Numbered from the stretch's first letter, positions 1 through 9,173 are shown. The stretch is 64,000 bases of DNA from Paludibacteraceae bacterium (GCA_045590995.1 JAZNRY010000101.1:5823-69822), one strand, 5' to 3'. Program-made: numbers and translations. Notes: a model not told the origin generated them from the letters alone.

Positions 1-1174
1 ATTTCTTATCGGGTTTAGGATGGCGTGTTCGAACTAATTCGATATGCGACATTAATGCATCGTGACGCTGTTGGCGTTGTTCTTCTATTGTTTGTTGGTA
101 TTCTTCTTCAGCCGATTGCAAGGCTTCTATTTGTTTATCTACATGCTTTTTCTTCTTGCGCCAATACCAAAGTATGCCTAATACTACCAACACAAGGGTA
201 ATAATGAGTACGCTATATCCAATCACTCGCCATATAAAGGTTTTGCAATAGTATAAATAATCTTGAAATACTTGTATTGCATTTAGAGAATCTATTTTTT
301 CAGTTTCCGCTTTGCGTTTTACATCCATTCGCAGACTTGCAAGACTATCTGCAGCCAATATATCATTATTTAAAATAGCATATTTGTGTAAAATATAGTA
401 AGCACTCACTTTATTAGCTGGCACATCAAAATCATTCACAACTTTCTCTGCATAATATGCAGCGGAATCCATTTGACCTAAATCATAAAAAGCATTTGCA
501 ATTTTGATAGCGCGATAGGATGTCGTTATAGGAGTTTGTTGTATGTAATAAATAATCGAATCAGGTGTATACTCAGTCTCTTGGTAGTAGAAATAAATAA
601 CACGAACATCATTGAGAAACCAACGATAACTATCATCAAATGAATAACTTGCAGCCATCTTCCATAAACTATCCGCTTCTGCAAATTGTTTTGACGCACA
701 CTTAATCATGCAAATAGTCAATAATCCATTTGCATAGTACCACTCATTTTCACTTCTCTCAAAATTATCCAATGCGCGTTCATAAAACAATAGTGACAAA
801 CTATCTTGATTGTAGTCCGCACATATTCCAGCCATACACGAGTTTACTCGTCCCTGATAAATTGGATTCTCTATTTTTAACCAGTCGGCTTCAATATAAC
901 ATTCCGCAGCGCGTTCCACTTGGTTGTAGTCATCCTCCAAGTTTCTTCCCATATAGTAGTAAGCTTTAGCCAAAGTGTTTCGTTTGAGCGTTCTACCTAA
1001 TGGATTATTCAGTGCATGAATAGTTTGGCGCAATGCCACTGTATCATCATAAATCACATGTTGTGTGACATCTAAACTATCAGCCATGGCAATAACTGCT
1101 TCTGCTCTTTGCCATTGAGTACAAGAGGTACAAAACCATATTAATGGAATGAGTAGTAAGTATATTTGCTTCAT
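1..1174 (-). CDS. helical-repeat (TPR-like) lipoprotein or membrane protein, 3' end cut by window edge
   Basis: Not in the ORF track because it runs off the edge. I checked the reverse frame codon by codon and it is open from ATG 1174-1172 to nt 2. It starts MKQIYLLLIPLIWFCTSC (signal plus Cys). Y/A-rich helical repeats follow, then a TM helix VIGYSVLIITLVLVVLGILWYW and a charged tail RKKKKHVDKQIEALQSAEEEYQQ. Confidence 0.6.
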   Translation of the reverse strand, partial: MKQIYLLLIPLIWFCTSCTQWQRAEAVIAMADSLDVTQHVIYDDTVALRQTIHALNNPLGRTLKRNTLAKAYYYMGRNLEDDYNQVERAAECYIEADWLKIENPIYQGRVNSCMAGICADYNQDSLSLLFYERALDNFERSENEWYYANGLLTICMIKCASKQFAEADSLWKMAASYSFDDSYRWFLNDVRVIYFYYQETEYTPDSIIYYIQQTPITTSYRAIKIANAFYDLGQMDSAAYYAEKVVNDFDVPANKVSAYYILHKYAILNNDILAADSLASLRMDVKRKAETEKIDSLNAIQVFQDYLYYCKTFIWRVIGYSVLIITLVLVVLGILWYWRKKKKHVDKQIEALQSAEEEYQQTIEEQRQQRHDALMSHIELVRTRHPKPDKK

Positions 1175-1203
1175 CTGTTTCATTCAAACTAACTATTTGG
1201 CTG

Positions 1204-1235
1204 CAAAGGTACTATTTTTTTATGACATAAACAAG
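1204..1235 (-). promoter_or_regulatory. Bacteroidota sigma-A type promoter (-33/-7) for gene 1..1174
   Basis: Reverse strand: CTTG, about 20 nt, then TACCTTTG (plus-strand CAAAGGTA at 1204-1211). Confidence 0.55.
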
Positions 1236-1244
1236 CATACAATC

Positions 1245-1275
1245 AAAAAACCGAGCGGAATCCCGCTCGGCTTTT
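1245..1275. terminator. intrinsic terminator hairpin (bidirectional shape)
   Basis: AAAAAA-CCGAGCGG-aatc-CCGCTCGG-CTTTT. It lies downstream of 1331..1831. Confidence 0.6.
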
Positions 1276-1330
1276 AATCTACTATTGGTATTAAGTGATT
1301 TGAATTATGTAAATAAGCAGCGAGAATTGT

Positions 1331-1831
1331 TTAATTCTTCTCTTGTATTTTGGCAATGGCGTTGAAAACGCTGTTGTCTTTTATACTTACCGCGATGGGC
1401 ATTTTGCTCTTGCGGGTGATGATGCAGACATCCATTGGGTCGGTAATCAAAGACAAGTGCTTGCCACATTCTTTGCAAGTAAATAGTCCCAGATTGCCAA
1501 AGAAACCACCTGCTCCTGCAATACGAATAGTCTGTTGGATACCATGTGGATAATGCTCAATTTTCTCGATTTCATCGGCAGGGATATTGATTTTCCATGC
1601 AAGAAGGTGGATGTTGATTGCTTCCTGTGTTACAGTTAGTTTGCGGGGGATGAGCACCATACAACTGAGTAGGGCAATGGCAACAATTACGAAGGTGACC
1701 AATAGCATCACTTGCTTGGTTGTGTACCATTGATAAGCCATATAGCCCATCGTGGCGAGGATAATGATACTGGCAATAATGGTCACAGACTTGATGGCTG
1801 GACTCAATGGAAGGAAGGCGGTGGTTTGCAT
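1331..1831 (-). CDS. membrane protein with bacterial PH-like domain
   Basis: ORF 1331..1912 trimmed to MQTTAF (ATG 1831), because a consensus -7 box at 1863-1870 lies inside the longer ORF. Two N-terminal TM helices, then IAGAGGFFGNLGLF and a PH-like C-terminal part. Confidence 0.55.
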   Translation of the reverse strand: MQTTAFLPLSPAIKSVTIIASIIILATMGYMAYQWYTTKQVMLLVTFVIVAIALLSCMVLIPRKLTVTQEAINIHLLAWKINIPADEIEKIEHYPHGIQQTIRIAGAGGFFGNLGLFTCKECGKHLSLITDPMDVCIITRKSKMPIAVSIKDNSVFNAIAKIQEKN

Positions 1832-1862
1832 AGTAGTATAATTTTGTGTTAGAAAGATGCTG

Positions 1863-1894
1863 CAAAGGTAGTGCTTTTTTTGCGAATATGCAAG
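1863..1894 (-). promoter_or_regulatory. promoter for 1331..1831
   Basis: Reverse-strand TACCTTTG at 1863-1870 and CTTG at 1891-1894. Confidence 0.55.
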
Positions 1895-1990
1895 CTTTAT
1901 GTGCATTTGCACACGCGTTAGAGGTGAGTGTGCATGAAAATCAGCGGATTAGAAAGAGGATTGTACACGGAGATGATATGCATTTAGCGA

Positions 1991-3412
1991 CTATAACTCC
2001 TGCCCCATTGCGTTATAGATCTTGCCATCGCGGAGGATGAGGAGTTGATTGTCGCGGATAATCTTTTGGCAATTGGTCATTGGCAATTGGATGTCGGATA
2101 CACTTGTTGGAGTGCCTAATGTTGTAAATTCGCCCGAATAGGTAGTAATAGGTTGGTTTTCTGCATCTTTGGTTGTGATGCTGTAAGTGTATTGTGTGGC
2201 TTCGGTCAAACCAGTAACGGTGAAGCGATAGCCATTGCCTGCTTGTTCTGCGTATTGCGCTGGGTGATTGCCATTACGACCTGGAGCAAAAGCAATATTG
2301 AGCAACTGACCTTCTGCATTGAAAGTCAAGGTACAGAATACCTCGTCGCCTTTCCTAATGACAATAATATATGTGTCAGCTTCCGTGTGCGTAGGCCATG
2401 TGATAGAAACCGAATTGGTGGAAGGCACAATAATGACACTATCCGTGACTACATTCCCATTTTCTGCACCAATACACTCAATCTGCTTGAAATTACCCCA
2501 AACTATATCCGAATAATATGCCCGATAATTTTCACAGGACACATGTACAATGGCATTGTAGTTTGTGAATGTGGATTCAAATGCTTTGGGTGGATTGGTT
2601 GCGTAACAATATATATCGTAGAGTTTTGTGGTATATTCACCACCAAACGCTTGTTCTCCAATTTCTTTGACTCCTGTGCCTAATGTTACCTTTGTAAGTG
2701 ACTGGCAATCAGCAAAAACTGCACCTGAAATATGGGTAACGCTATTGGGAATAGTCACCGATTCAAGAGCAAGGCACATATGGAATGCTGCTTTTTCAAT
2801 AGTCGTTACGCTATTAGGAATCGTGAGCGAGGTCATAGAAGCACACGCAAGGAAAGCTTGCTCGCCAATGCTTGTTACATTCTCAGGAATCGTAATGGAA
2901 GGGATTGCAATACAAAGGGCAAAAGTATGTGGTTCTATTCGCGTTATACCATTGGGAATGTTGATTGAGGTAAGGTAGATACAACTATGAAAAGCACCTT
3001 CACCAATACTTGTAACACTATTAGGAATGACAACAGAAATGAGAGATTCACAGTTACAACTTGCCAAAGCATACTTTCCTATATATGTTACGCTTTCGGG
3101 AATCGTGAGTGAGGCAAGGGTTTCGCACTCCCAAAAAGCATAGTCCCCAATACCTGTGACAACATAAGTAGTGTCATTATGTACTACAGAAGAGGGGATG
3201 TTGGCGGTGGTAAGATTGGGATAGTTGTTAGATGCGACTTTGCCAATCTCATTGGCTACTTCAACGGTATAAGGAGCCGTTTGGCTTGTGATATTGTAAC
3301 ACAAATCACCCACTCGGAAATCATACGCCCAAAGGGTAGTATTGGCGAATAGTAACAAGAAAAGAGGGAATAATTTTCGCATTGTTGTTTGATTTAAGTT
3401 TCCTGTTTTCAA
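1991..3412 (-). CDS. BspA-type leucine-rich-repeat surface protein with Fn3-like module and possible T9SS-type C-terminal tail
   Basis: Signal peptide MRKLFPLFLLLFANTTLWA. About 8 repeats of IPxSVTxIGxxAFxxCxxLxS. Fn3-like VSITWPT...YRFTVTGL. Tail DNQLLILRDGKIYNAMGQEL. Confidence 0.7.
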   Translation of the reverse strand: MKTGNLNQTTMRKLFPLFLLLFANTTLWAYDFRVGDLCYNITSQTAPYTVEVANEIGKVASNNYPNLTTANIPSSVVHNDTTYVVTGIGDYAFWECETLASLTIPESVTYIGKYALASCNCESLISVVIPNSVTSIGEGAFHSCIYLTSINIPNGITRIEPHTFALCIAIPSITIPENVTSIGEQAFLACASMTSLTIPNSVTTIEKAAFHMCLALESVTIPNSVTHISGAVFADCQSLTKVTLGTGVKEIGEQAFGGEYTTKLYDIYCYATNPPKAFESTFTNYNAIVHVSCENYRAYYSDIVWGNFKQIECIGAENGNVVTDSVIIVPSTNSVSITWPTHTEADTYIIVIRKGDEVFCTLTFNAEGQLLNIAFAPGRNGNHPAQYAEQAGNGYRFTVTGLTEATQYTYSITTKDAENQPITTYSGEFTTLGTPTSVSDIQLPMTNCQKIIRDNQLLILRDGKIYNAMGQEL

Positions 3413-3469
3413 TGAATCAAGTTTGGAATGATAACGCTATATTAAATATGTCGGGCAACGGTATGCATG

Positions 3470-4822
3470 TTAGTCATTTTGTACAATTTCCCAGTGACCT
3501 TCTTTGCGACCTCCGATGCGTGAGAGGATGCCTTGCGTTTGGAGTTTTTTTAACTGCCATTCGATACCTTTGGTTGTTATTCCAGTCAAGATGGCGAGTT
3601 CGTTAATAGTTATTGTCGGATTTTCTTTGATTGCATTGAGAATGTTTTCCCTAGTCTTTTCCCTAGTCTTTCCCCTAGTTTTTTCCACAGTCTTTTCCGA
3701 ACTCTTTTCCACAGTGTTCGTATTAGGTTTGTTGTAGAAGATAGTCCATATGCCCGCACCATCAAATCTCCATTCAGGCACAGGACATCCGTAGTTGGCA
3801 CAATAAGTCTGAATGCGTTCTATACCTTGTCCCCATGCTTCCACCTCACCTGCTCGGAAGAATGTGGCTGCTATATCGGGATTGTGTGGACGACTACCAT
3901 GCTTCTGTGTAAGGGTTTCCACCGTCCACTCAGCAGGTAATATCGCTGTGTTCCAAATCATTACCTTATCATCATATACACTAATTTGAATAGGCGTGAA
4001 GCTGCTATAGTCCTTGTGGATTAGCGCATTTAGAATTGCCTCGCGCAACGCATCTCGTGGTATAGGTAGTTCGTCAATGCGTTGTAGCCCTTCGTATCGG
4101 ATGTATGCCTTAGTATATTTGGTGGTAAGGAAGTCCATCGTTTTTTCGACTTGTTGGAAAAGACTTCCGTGCACTTCGTCCTGATAAAGAATTTGGTTTT
4201 TATCGTTGAAGAAACCGATTTTGACCCAAGCACCTGTAATAAACTTTTCGGGGTCTGCATGGAATAGTAAGGCAGCAGCTCGTTTGAGATAATTGCCTTC
4301 TATTAAATGCAATTTATCCATCAGTTCAGCGTTGCTTAATTGCAATTCATTTTCCGTCATTCGCTGGCTACGCACCACATCCGTTTTGAACATCTGGATA
4401 GAAGCCTCATCTAAGTCTTCAATATTCAGATATGGTTGGGGTACGCTATCCCAAGTTCGCCCACGCTTGCGCAATAGAAACTCCTCCAAAGCGTTGCCTG
4501 TAAGTTCCTGTTTGGTAGAACCCGAACGAATATAGTATGCACCATTATAAGCAATAGCTGCCATATTTGGCTCCACAACAATCTCAAGATAGGTTTTATC
4601 ATCTTTAGTATGCTGGTTGACACTGCAAACAATACCCAATTTCTGTACAATCTTGTTAGGAATATCTTCTTGCAGTTTGTGCGGATTATCTACACCCACC
4701 ACTTCGCCATTATCAGCAATACCTACATAGAGTGTGCCGCCTTTTGCATTAGCAAAGCCGCAGATTTCTTTTAGGAAATCGTCTCTCCAAATCTGTTTGT
4801 ATTCTACCGTTTGCGTTTCCAT
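3470..4822 (-). CDS. AlbA_2/Schlafen-type DNA-binding domain plus HATPase_c_4-like domain plus C-terminal wHTH protein (often annotated RecG-like or transcriptional regulator)
   Basis: N-terminus ETQTVEYKQIW..ICGFANAKGGTLYVGIADNGEVVGV. Centre REAILNALIHKDYS. A repeat linker EKSSEKTVEKTRGKTREKTRE, then ITINELAILTGITTKGIEWQLKKL. Confidence 0.65.
   Translation of the reverse strand: METQTVEYKQIWRDDFLKEICGFANAKGGTLYVGIADNGEVVGVDNPHKLQEDIPNKIVQKLGIVCSVNQHTKDDKTYLEIVVEPNMAAIAYNGAYYIRSGSTKQELTGNALEEFLLRKRGRTWDSVPQPYLNIEDLDEASIQMFKTDVVRSQRMTENELQLSNAELMDKLHLIEGNYLKRAAALLFHADPEKFITGAWVKIGFFNDKNQILYQDEVHGSLFQQVEKTMDFLTTKYTKAYIRYEGLQRIDELPIPRDALREAILNALIHKDYSSFTPIQISVYDDKVMIWNTAILPAEWTVETLTQKHGSRPHNPDIAATFFRAGEVEAWGQGIERIQTYCANYGCPVPEWRFDGAGIWTIFYNKPNTNTVEKSSEKTVEKTRGKTREKTRENILNAIKENPTITINELAILTGITTKGIEWQLKKLQTQGILSRIGGRKEGHWEIVQND
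3645..3716 (-). repeat. six tandem 12-nt units in frame in the AlbA_2-family gene
   Basis: TTTTCCCTAGTC x2, TTTCCCCTAGTT, TTTTCCACAGTC, TTTTCCGAACTC, TTTTCCACAGTG. Encodes the (E/G)KT(R/V)-type linker. Confidence 0.7.
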
Positions 4823-4872
4823 AAGGATTTCTGTTTTGTTGTGTGCCTATGTGGCATAGATGAAAAACGCTG

Positions 4873-4904
4873 CAAAGATACACTTTTTTGTGCAGATATG
4901 CAAG
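4873..4904 (-). promoter_or_regulatory. promoter for 3470..4822
   Basis: Reverse-strand TATCTTTG at 4873-4880 and CTTG at 4901-4904. Confidence 0.55.
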
Positions 4905-4965
4905 GAAATAGCAAGTTTTTGGGTGATTTTTCTTTAAACAGATAAATCAACGGTTTCAGGAAATG

Positions 4966-5024
4966 AGTCAACCTTTTTAGGAAGGGAGACAACTTTTTCG
5001 GGAATAAAGTCAACCTTTTTAGGA
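4966..5024. repeat. three 17-bp direct repeats spaced exactly 21 bp apart
   Basis: AGTCAACCTTTTTAGGA (4966), AGACAACTTTTTCGGGA (4987), AGTCAACCTTTTTAGGA (5008). Confidence 0.75.
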
Positions 5025-5068
5025 CTCAATCTTAAGAAAAGTGCTTTTTTAGTCATATGGTCTTCTTT

Positions 5069-5112
5069 CGGAGTTCTCTCGGAGTTCTCTCGGTTGTCGG
5101 TCGGTGGAATAA
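5069..5112. repeat. 11-bp-period array
   Basis: CGGAGTTCTCT x2, CGGTTGTCGGT, CGGTGGAATAA. Confidence 0.7.
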
Positions 5113-5227
5113 GGCAAAGTATAAGAGAAGGAAAAGAGACGGCAATCTTAACAAAAGTGATAGTGTAGGGCGTAGCGTGTAAGGTGTAAAGGCGGAGATT
5201 GTATCTTCATCCTCCGAGGAAGTATAA

Positions 5228-5304
5228 GGAATAGTGCGCTTATTGTGCGCTTATTGTGCGTCTATTGTCCGTGTATTGTGCGTGAATAGTGCGTAATTGA
5301 CAAA
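5228..5304. repeat. 11-bp-period array (TATTGTGCG type)
   Basis: CTTATTGTGCG x2, TCTATTGTCCG, TGTATTGTGCG, TGAATAGTGCG, TAATTGACAAA. Confidence 0.85.
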
Positions 5305-5345
5305 TATCTTGATGTGTGTGTGCGTTTGCCGCCCCGCTGATGGAA

Positions 5346-6185
5346 TTATAGATCTTTGACTAAGCGGACATTATAACCTTCAAACATATAGCTGATATCA
5401 ATATATAAATATCCACTATCGAACGCTAAATGATATGCTTTACCGAGCTCATAATACGCTGTAGCAGGGGTAGAAGACCAATATCGGCCAAACTCCTGGA
5501 GCTGTGATACTTTTGTTTCTGTTCCGTAAACTCCATCTTGCCACCTCCATCCACTTGCTGGTAAGAAGACGGCTCCGTTTTTCTCCAGTTTTTTCCACTC
5601 TGCAGCAGTAAAGGTTTGGTATGCGGCGTAATCGTAATTGTAGTTTTCACCAGGAACATAGGTGTTCATGCCAGAGGCGATAACGATGTCTTTGGGTACA
5701 GCCCAATTGTCGGGAAGAAGAATAAGTCCATTGGTACCATTGACTTGTGCTACTGTATAATAAGCACAGGCGTTTGGGCGTTTGTTGATGAGGTAATCCC
5801 ACTCGTCGTTGGTCAAAGTGCGCCAGGTATTTTGTGGATAGCCACTAATACTGTTTATACCCCAGTCTGTAAAAGTAGTGTAATCTCGTGTATCAATCGT
5901 GTTTAATGTAGGATTGTTGCCCGTTCCCCAACCAAAAAGGTCAATCCAACCTTCATAGTCTTGACTAATATAAATATTCTCTTCGCCAATATAGTCGTAT
6001 TGTTTTTCGGCAAAACGCCAAATGTCCTTTTTAGGACAATATTGTAAGTTCCCAGGAGAGAATACTACTTGTCGTGTTTCCGAGATTGAGAATCCGTATT
6101 GTAGTTCTGGTTGGTTCTGTGACTCGCAACTAATACAAATTGTCGCAATAACTACAAGAATCAGATATGTAATATTGGTTTTCAT
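5346..6185 (-). CDS. lipoprotein with FISUMP/DUF1566-like domain (paralogue 1)
   Basis: Lipobox VVIATICISC. FSPGNLQY..WRFAEKQYDYIG..IDLFGWGTGNNPT..NTWRTLTNDEW..AVFLPASGWR..GRYWSST..NVRLVKDL. Confidence 0.6.
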   Translation of the reverse strand: MKTNITYLILVVIATICISCESQNQPELQYGFSISETRQVVFSPGNLQYCPKKDIWRFAEKQYDYIGEENIYISQDYEGWIDLFGWGTGNNPTLNTIDTRDYTTFTDWGINSISGYPQNTWRTLTNDEWDYLINKRPNACAYYTVAQVNGTNGLILLPDNWAVPKDIVIASGMNTYVPGENYNYDYAAYQTFTAAEWKKLEKNGAVFLPASGWRWQDGVYGTETKVSQLQEFGRYWSSTPATAYYELGKAYHLAFDSGYLYIDISYMFEGYNVRLVKDL

Positions 6186-6195
6186 ATGTAAGATA

Positions 6196-6993
6196 TTAGA
6201 GGTTTTTAACTAAGCGTACGCTCTTTCCTGTTGATCGATTAATGAGCACGCTGTATGTATAAATCTGCCCATCGCAAAAATATAGGAAACAAGGGTCTGG
6301 TCCATCTATGGTTGCTGTCCAATAATAGCCTGCTTTTTGAGTTTCTGCAACTGCCGTTTTCGCTATTCTCATGCCTGCTGCAGGTAGAAAGACAGCTCCG
6401 TTTTGCTCTAACCGCCTCCATTGCTCTGCTGAGAAAGTCTGATGACTATATCCACTACCCATGTATCCTTCATGCATGCCAGAGATAAAGGAAATACTAT
6501 CAGGAGCTACCCAATTGTCGGGTAATAGAATAAGACCATTTACATTATTCACTTGCGCAACACCGATAAGAGTTCTAGCTTTAGGACGATTGAGAATCAG
6601 GTAGTTCCATTCGTCAATGGAAAGAGTGCGCCAAGTATTGGGATTGTCATCGCCAATGCAGTTTACACCCCAATCTACAAAGGTGTCGAAGTCGTTGTAA
6701 TTATTATTAATAAATGTTGGATTGTCTCCTGTTCCCCATCCAAATAGATCGACCCAATCAGCATATTTTTCGCTGATGTTTATGTTCTTTTTGCCTATAT
6801 AGTCATATTGATTAGGCGCAAAACGCCATGCGTATTTAGAAGGTTTGTATTGGAGATTGCCAGGAGAGAAGGCTACCTTCTGTTTAGGAGATACAGAGAA
6901 ATAAGGTGTATTTTTAGGACCGTTGATAGGTTCGCAGCTTGTTGCGATGAATGCTACTATGGCAAGTAGCAATAAACTGATTTTTGTTTTCAT
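6196..6993 (-). CDS. lipoprotein with FISUMP/DUF1566-like domain (paralogue 2, tandem)
   Basis: Lipobox IATSC. Same motif series as 5346..6185: FSPGNLQY, WRFAPNQYDYIG, VDLFGWGTGDNPT, NTWRTLSIDEW, AVFLPAAG, GYYWTAT, SVRLVKNL. Confidence 0.6.
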   Translation of the reverse strand: MKTKISLLLLAIVAFIATSCEPINGPKNTPYFSVSPKQKVAFSPGNLQYKPSKYAWRFAPNQYDYIGKKNINISEKYADWVDLFGWGTGDNPTFINNNYNDFDTFVDWGVNCIGDDNPNTWRTLSIDEWNYLILNRPKARTLIGVAQVNNVNGLILLPDNWVAPDSISFISGMHEGYMGSGYSHQTFSAEQWRRLEQNGAVFLPAAGMRIAKTAVAETQKAGYYWTATIDGPDPCFLYFCDGQIYTYSVLINRSTGKSVRLVKNL

Positions 6994-7027
6994 ATGAGTA
7001 GGTATTTAATTTCGCCTGCAAAGTTAC

Positions 7028-7059
7028 TACTTTTTTTTGATATATGCAAATAAATTTAC
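7028..7059 (-). promoter_or_regulatory. promoter for the lipoprotein pair 6993..5346
   Basis: Reverse-strand TAACTTTG at 7028-7035 and TTTG at 7056-7059. Confidence 0.6.
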
Positions 7060-7128
7060 CCCCCCTATTTTTCTTTGTAACGAACTGATAATAAATATGT
7101 TATATTTTAATGTACGAGAACTATATTA

Positions 7129-7194
7129 GGAATTGTCCGTGTATTGTGCGTCTATTGTCCGTCTATTGTGCGTGAATAGTGCGTAATTGACAAG
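7129..7194. repeat. 11-bp-period array (TATTGTGCG type, second copy)
   Basis: TGTATTGTGCG, TCTATTGTCCG, TCTATTGTGCG, TGAATAGTGCG, TAATTGACAAG. The last ~44 bp nearly match 5261-5304. Confidence 0.85.
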
Positions 7195-7251
7195 AAAAAA
7201 GAAGGTGCGTCTAGTAGACACACCCTCTTGGAATATTTATTCTCTAAAGGA

Positions 7252-8856
7252 TTAGAGTTGTGGACCAGCTGCAACAAGTGCTTTACCTGCCTCGTTGGTG
7301 GTGTACTTAGCGAAGTTCTTGATGAAGCGGCTTGCCAAATCCTTAGCTTTCTCTTCCCATTGAGCAGCGTCAGCATAAGTGTCGCGTGGGTCGAGGATGG
7401 CAGGATCAACACCTGGCAATGCAGTTGGAACCTCGAAATCGAAGAATGGGATCTTCTTGGTAGGAGCATTCAAGATGTCACCACCGAGGATAGCATCGAT
7501 GATACCGCGTGTATCCTTGATAGAGATACGCTTGCCAGTACCGTTCCAGCCAGTGTTAACGAGGTATGCCTTAGCACCAGATTTCTCCATGCGTTTTACG
7601 AGCTCCTCAGCATATTTAGTTGGGTGCAACTCCAAGAACGCTTGACCGAAGCAAGCAGAGAAAGTAGGAGTTGGCTCAGTGATACCACGCTCAGTACCAG
7701 CGAGTTTAGCAGTAAAGCCGCTGAGGAAGTAGTATTTGGTTTGCTCTGGAGTCAAGATGCTAACTGGAGGCAATACGCCGAATGCGTCAGCAGAGAGGAA
7801 GATAACATTCTTAGCTGCAGGACCAGCAGAGATTGGGCGAACGATCTTCTCGATGTGGTTGATTGGGTAGCTTACGCGGGTGTTCTCAGTAACGCTCTTG
7901 TCGGTGAAGTCAATCTTGCCGTTCTCGTCAACTGTAACGTTCTCGAGGAGAGCGTTGCGCTTGATAGCAGCGTAGATGTCTGGCTCAGACTCTTTGTCGA
8001 GGTTGATAACCTTAGCGTAGCAACCGCCTTCGAAGTTGAACACACCATTGTCATCCCATCCGTGCTCATCGTCACCAATGAGGAGACGCTTAGGATCGGT
8101 AGAAAGGGTGGTCTTACCTGTACCAGAAAGGCCGAAGAATACTGCGGTGTTCTCACCGTTCATGTCGGTGTTAGCAGAGCAGTGCATAGAAGCGATACCT
8201 TGGAGAGGCAAGAAGTAGTTCATCAAAGAGAACATACCCTTCTTCATCTCACCACCGTACCAGGTGTTGAGGATCACTTGCTCGCGGCTGGTAGTATTGA
8301 ATGCTACGCAAGTCTCAGAGTTCAAACCGAGCTCTTTGTAGTTCTCTACTTTAGCCTTAGAAGCGTTGTAAATCACGAAGTTAGGCTCGAAGTTCTCCAA
8401 CTCCTCAGCAGATGGTTGGATAAACATATTCGTTACGAAGTGTGCTTGCCATGCCACCTCAACGATGAAGCGAACAGCAATACGAGTATCAGGGTTGGTA
8501 CCGCAGAAAGCGTCCACCACGAAGAGGCGCTTGTTAGAAAGCTCCTTGATAGCGATGTCTTTTACCACAGCCCAAGTAGCCTCAGACATAGGTTTGTTGT
8601 CGTTCTTGTAGTCCTCGCTTGTCCACCATACATTGTCATGACTTTGAGCGTCATCAACGATGAATTTGTCTTTTGGAGAACGACCAGTATAAACACCAGT
8701 CATCACATTAACTGCGCCAAGCTCAGTCTCTTGGCCCTTGTCAAAGCCAGTTAAATCTGCTTTTGTCTCCTCTGCGAAGAGTACTTCGTAAGAAGGATTG
8801 TGTACGATCTCGGTTGTACCTACGATGCCGTACTGGGTCAAATCTAATTGTTTCAT
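7252..8856 (-). CDS. pckA: phosphoenolpyruvate carboxykinase (ATP)
   Basis: 534 aa with [29 protein letters not shown] and [10 protein letters not shown]. Consensus promoter upstream. Confidence 0.95.
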   Translation of the reverse strand: MKQLDLTQYGIVGTTEIVHNPSYEVLFAEETKADLTGFDKGQETELGAVNVMTGVYTGRSPKDKFIVDDAQSHDNVWWTSEDYKNDNKPMSEATWAVVKDIAIKELSNKRLFVVDAFCGTNPDTRIAVRFIVEVAWQAHFVTNMFIQPSAEELENFEPNFVIYNASKAKVENYKELGLNSETCVAFNTTSREQVILNTWYGGEMKKGMFSLMNYFLPLQGIASMHCSANTDMNGENTAVFFGLSGTGKTTLSTDPKRLLIGDDEHGWDDNGVFNFEGGCYAKVINLDKESEPDIYAAIKRNALLENVTVDENGKIDFTDKSVTENTRVSYPINHIEKIVRPISAGPAAKNVIFLSADAFGVLPPVSILTPEQTKYYFLSGFTAKLAGTERGITEPTPTFSACFGQAFLELHPTKYAEELVKRMEKSGAKAYLVNTGWNGTGKRISIKDTRGIIDAILGGDILNAPTKKIPFFDFEVPTALPGVDPAILDPRDTYADAAQWEEKAKDLASRFIKNFAKYTTNEAGKALVAAGPQL

Positions 8857-8947
8857 TTTTTAATATTAAAGGTTATTTAGTTATTATTTTATTCAATTTT
8901 GTAGCAAATTTTATGCCATTGCCTATTGACGCAAATTTTATCGGGTA

Positions 8948-8979
8948 CAAAATTACTGCTATTTTTTGAAATAGGCAAA
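8948..8979 (-). promoter_or_regulatory. pckA promoter
   Basis: Reverse-strand TAATTTTG at 8948-8955 and TTTG at 8976-8979. Confidence 0.6.
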
Positions 8980-9066
8980 TTTTTTCACATTTTAGTGCTA
9001 TTTTGCAACTTGCATATTACAAAATCACGAAAAACATGTTGTAAAACATATTTTTTTATCAAAATA

Positions 9067-9098
9067 TTTGGTAGGTATGAAAAAAAGCAGTACTTTTG
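9067..9098 (+). promoter_or_regulatory. orphan consensus promoter (drives candidate small RNA or peptide)
   Basis: TTTG at 9067-9070 and TACTTTTG at 9091-9098. No credible CDS follows before tsaC's own promoter. Confidence 0.5.
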
Positions 9099-9173
9099 CA
9101 CCGTGTTTTTCATGGTATTAGATTTAAGGTTAAGTAAAGATTGGGTTGTCGGGATGACAATCCTTCTTTTTTT
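9099..9173 (+). ncRNA. candidate short RNA (promoter to first terminator)
   Basis: A consensus promoter is followed about 50 nt later by a strong hairpin plus T-run. The alternative reading is a 32-aa hydrophobic peptide at 9112-9210. Confidence 0.3.
9143..9173 (+). terminator. intrinsic terminator after the orphan promoter
   Basis: GGGTTGTC-gggat-GACAATCC followed by TTCTTTTTTT. Confidence 0.5.

Noticed and set aside
2085-2120. CAATTGGTCATTGGCAATTGG in the LRR gene, as another copy of the in-frame ATTGG element
   Set aside because: It lacks the ACG-mini-palindrome units and the shared peptide pattern. It lies in the C-terminal tail region and is likely coincidental.
4804-5013. 69-aa ORF
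   Set aside because: It covers the promoter and the 21-bp-phased repeats. The repetitive peptide reflects the DNA repeats.
7228-8754. 508-aa ORF on the plus strand
   Set aside because: It is antisense to pckA, which has unmistakable PEPCK motifs. Its sequence is low-complexity and shadow-like. The same applies to 29961-30845, 32966-33766, 57830-58651, 61374-62141 and 28145-28747.
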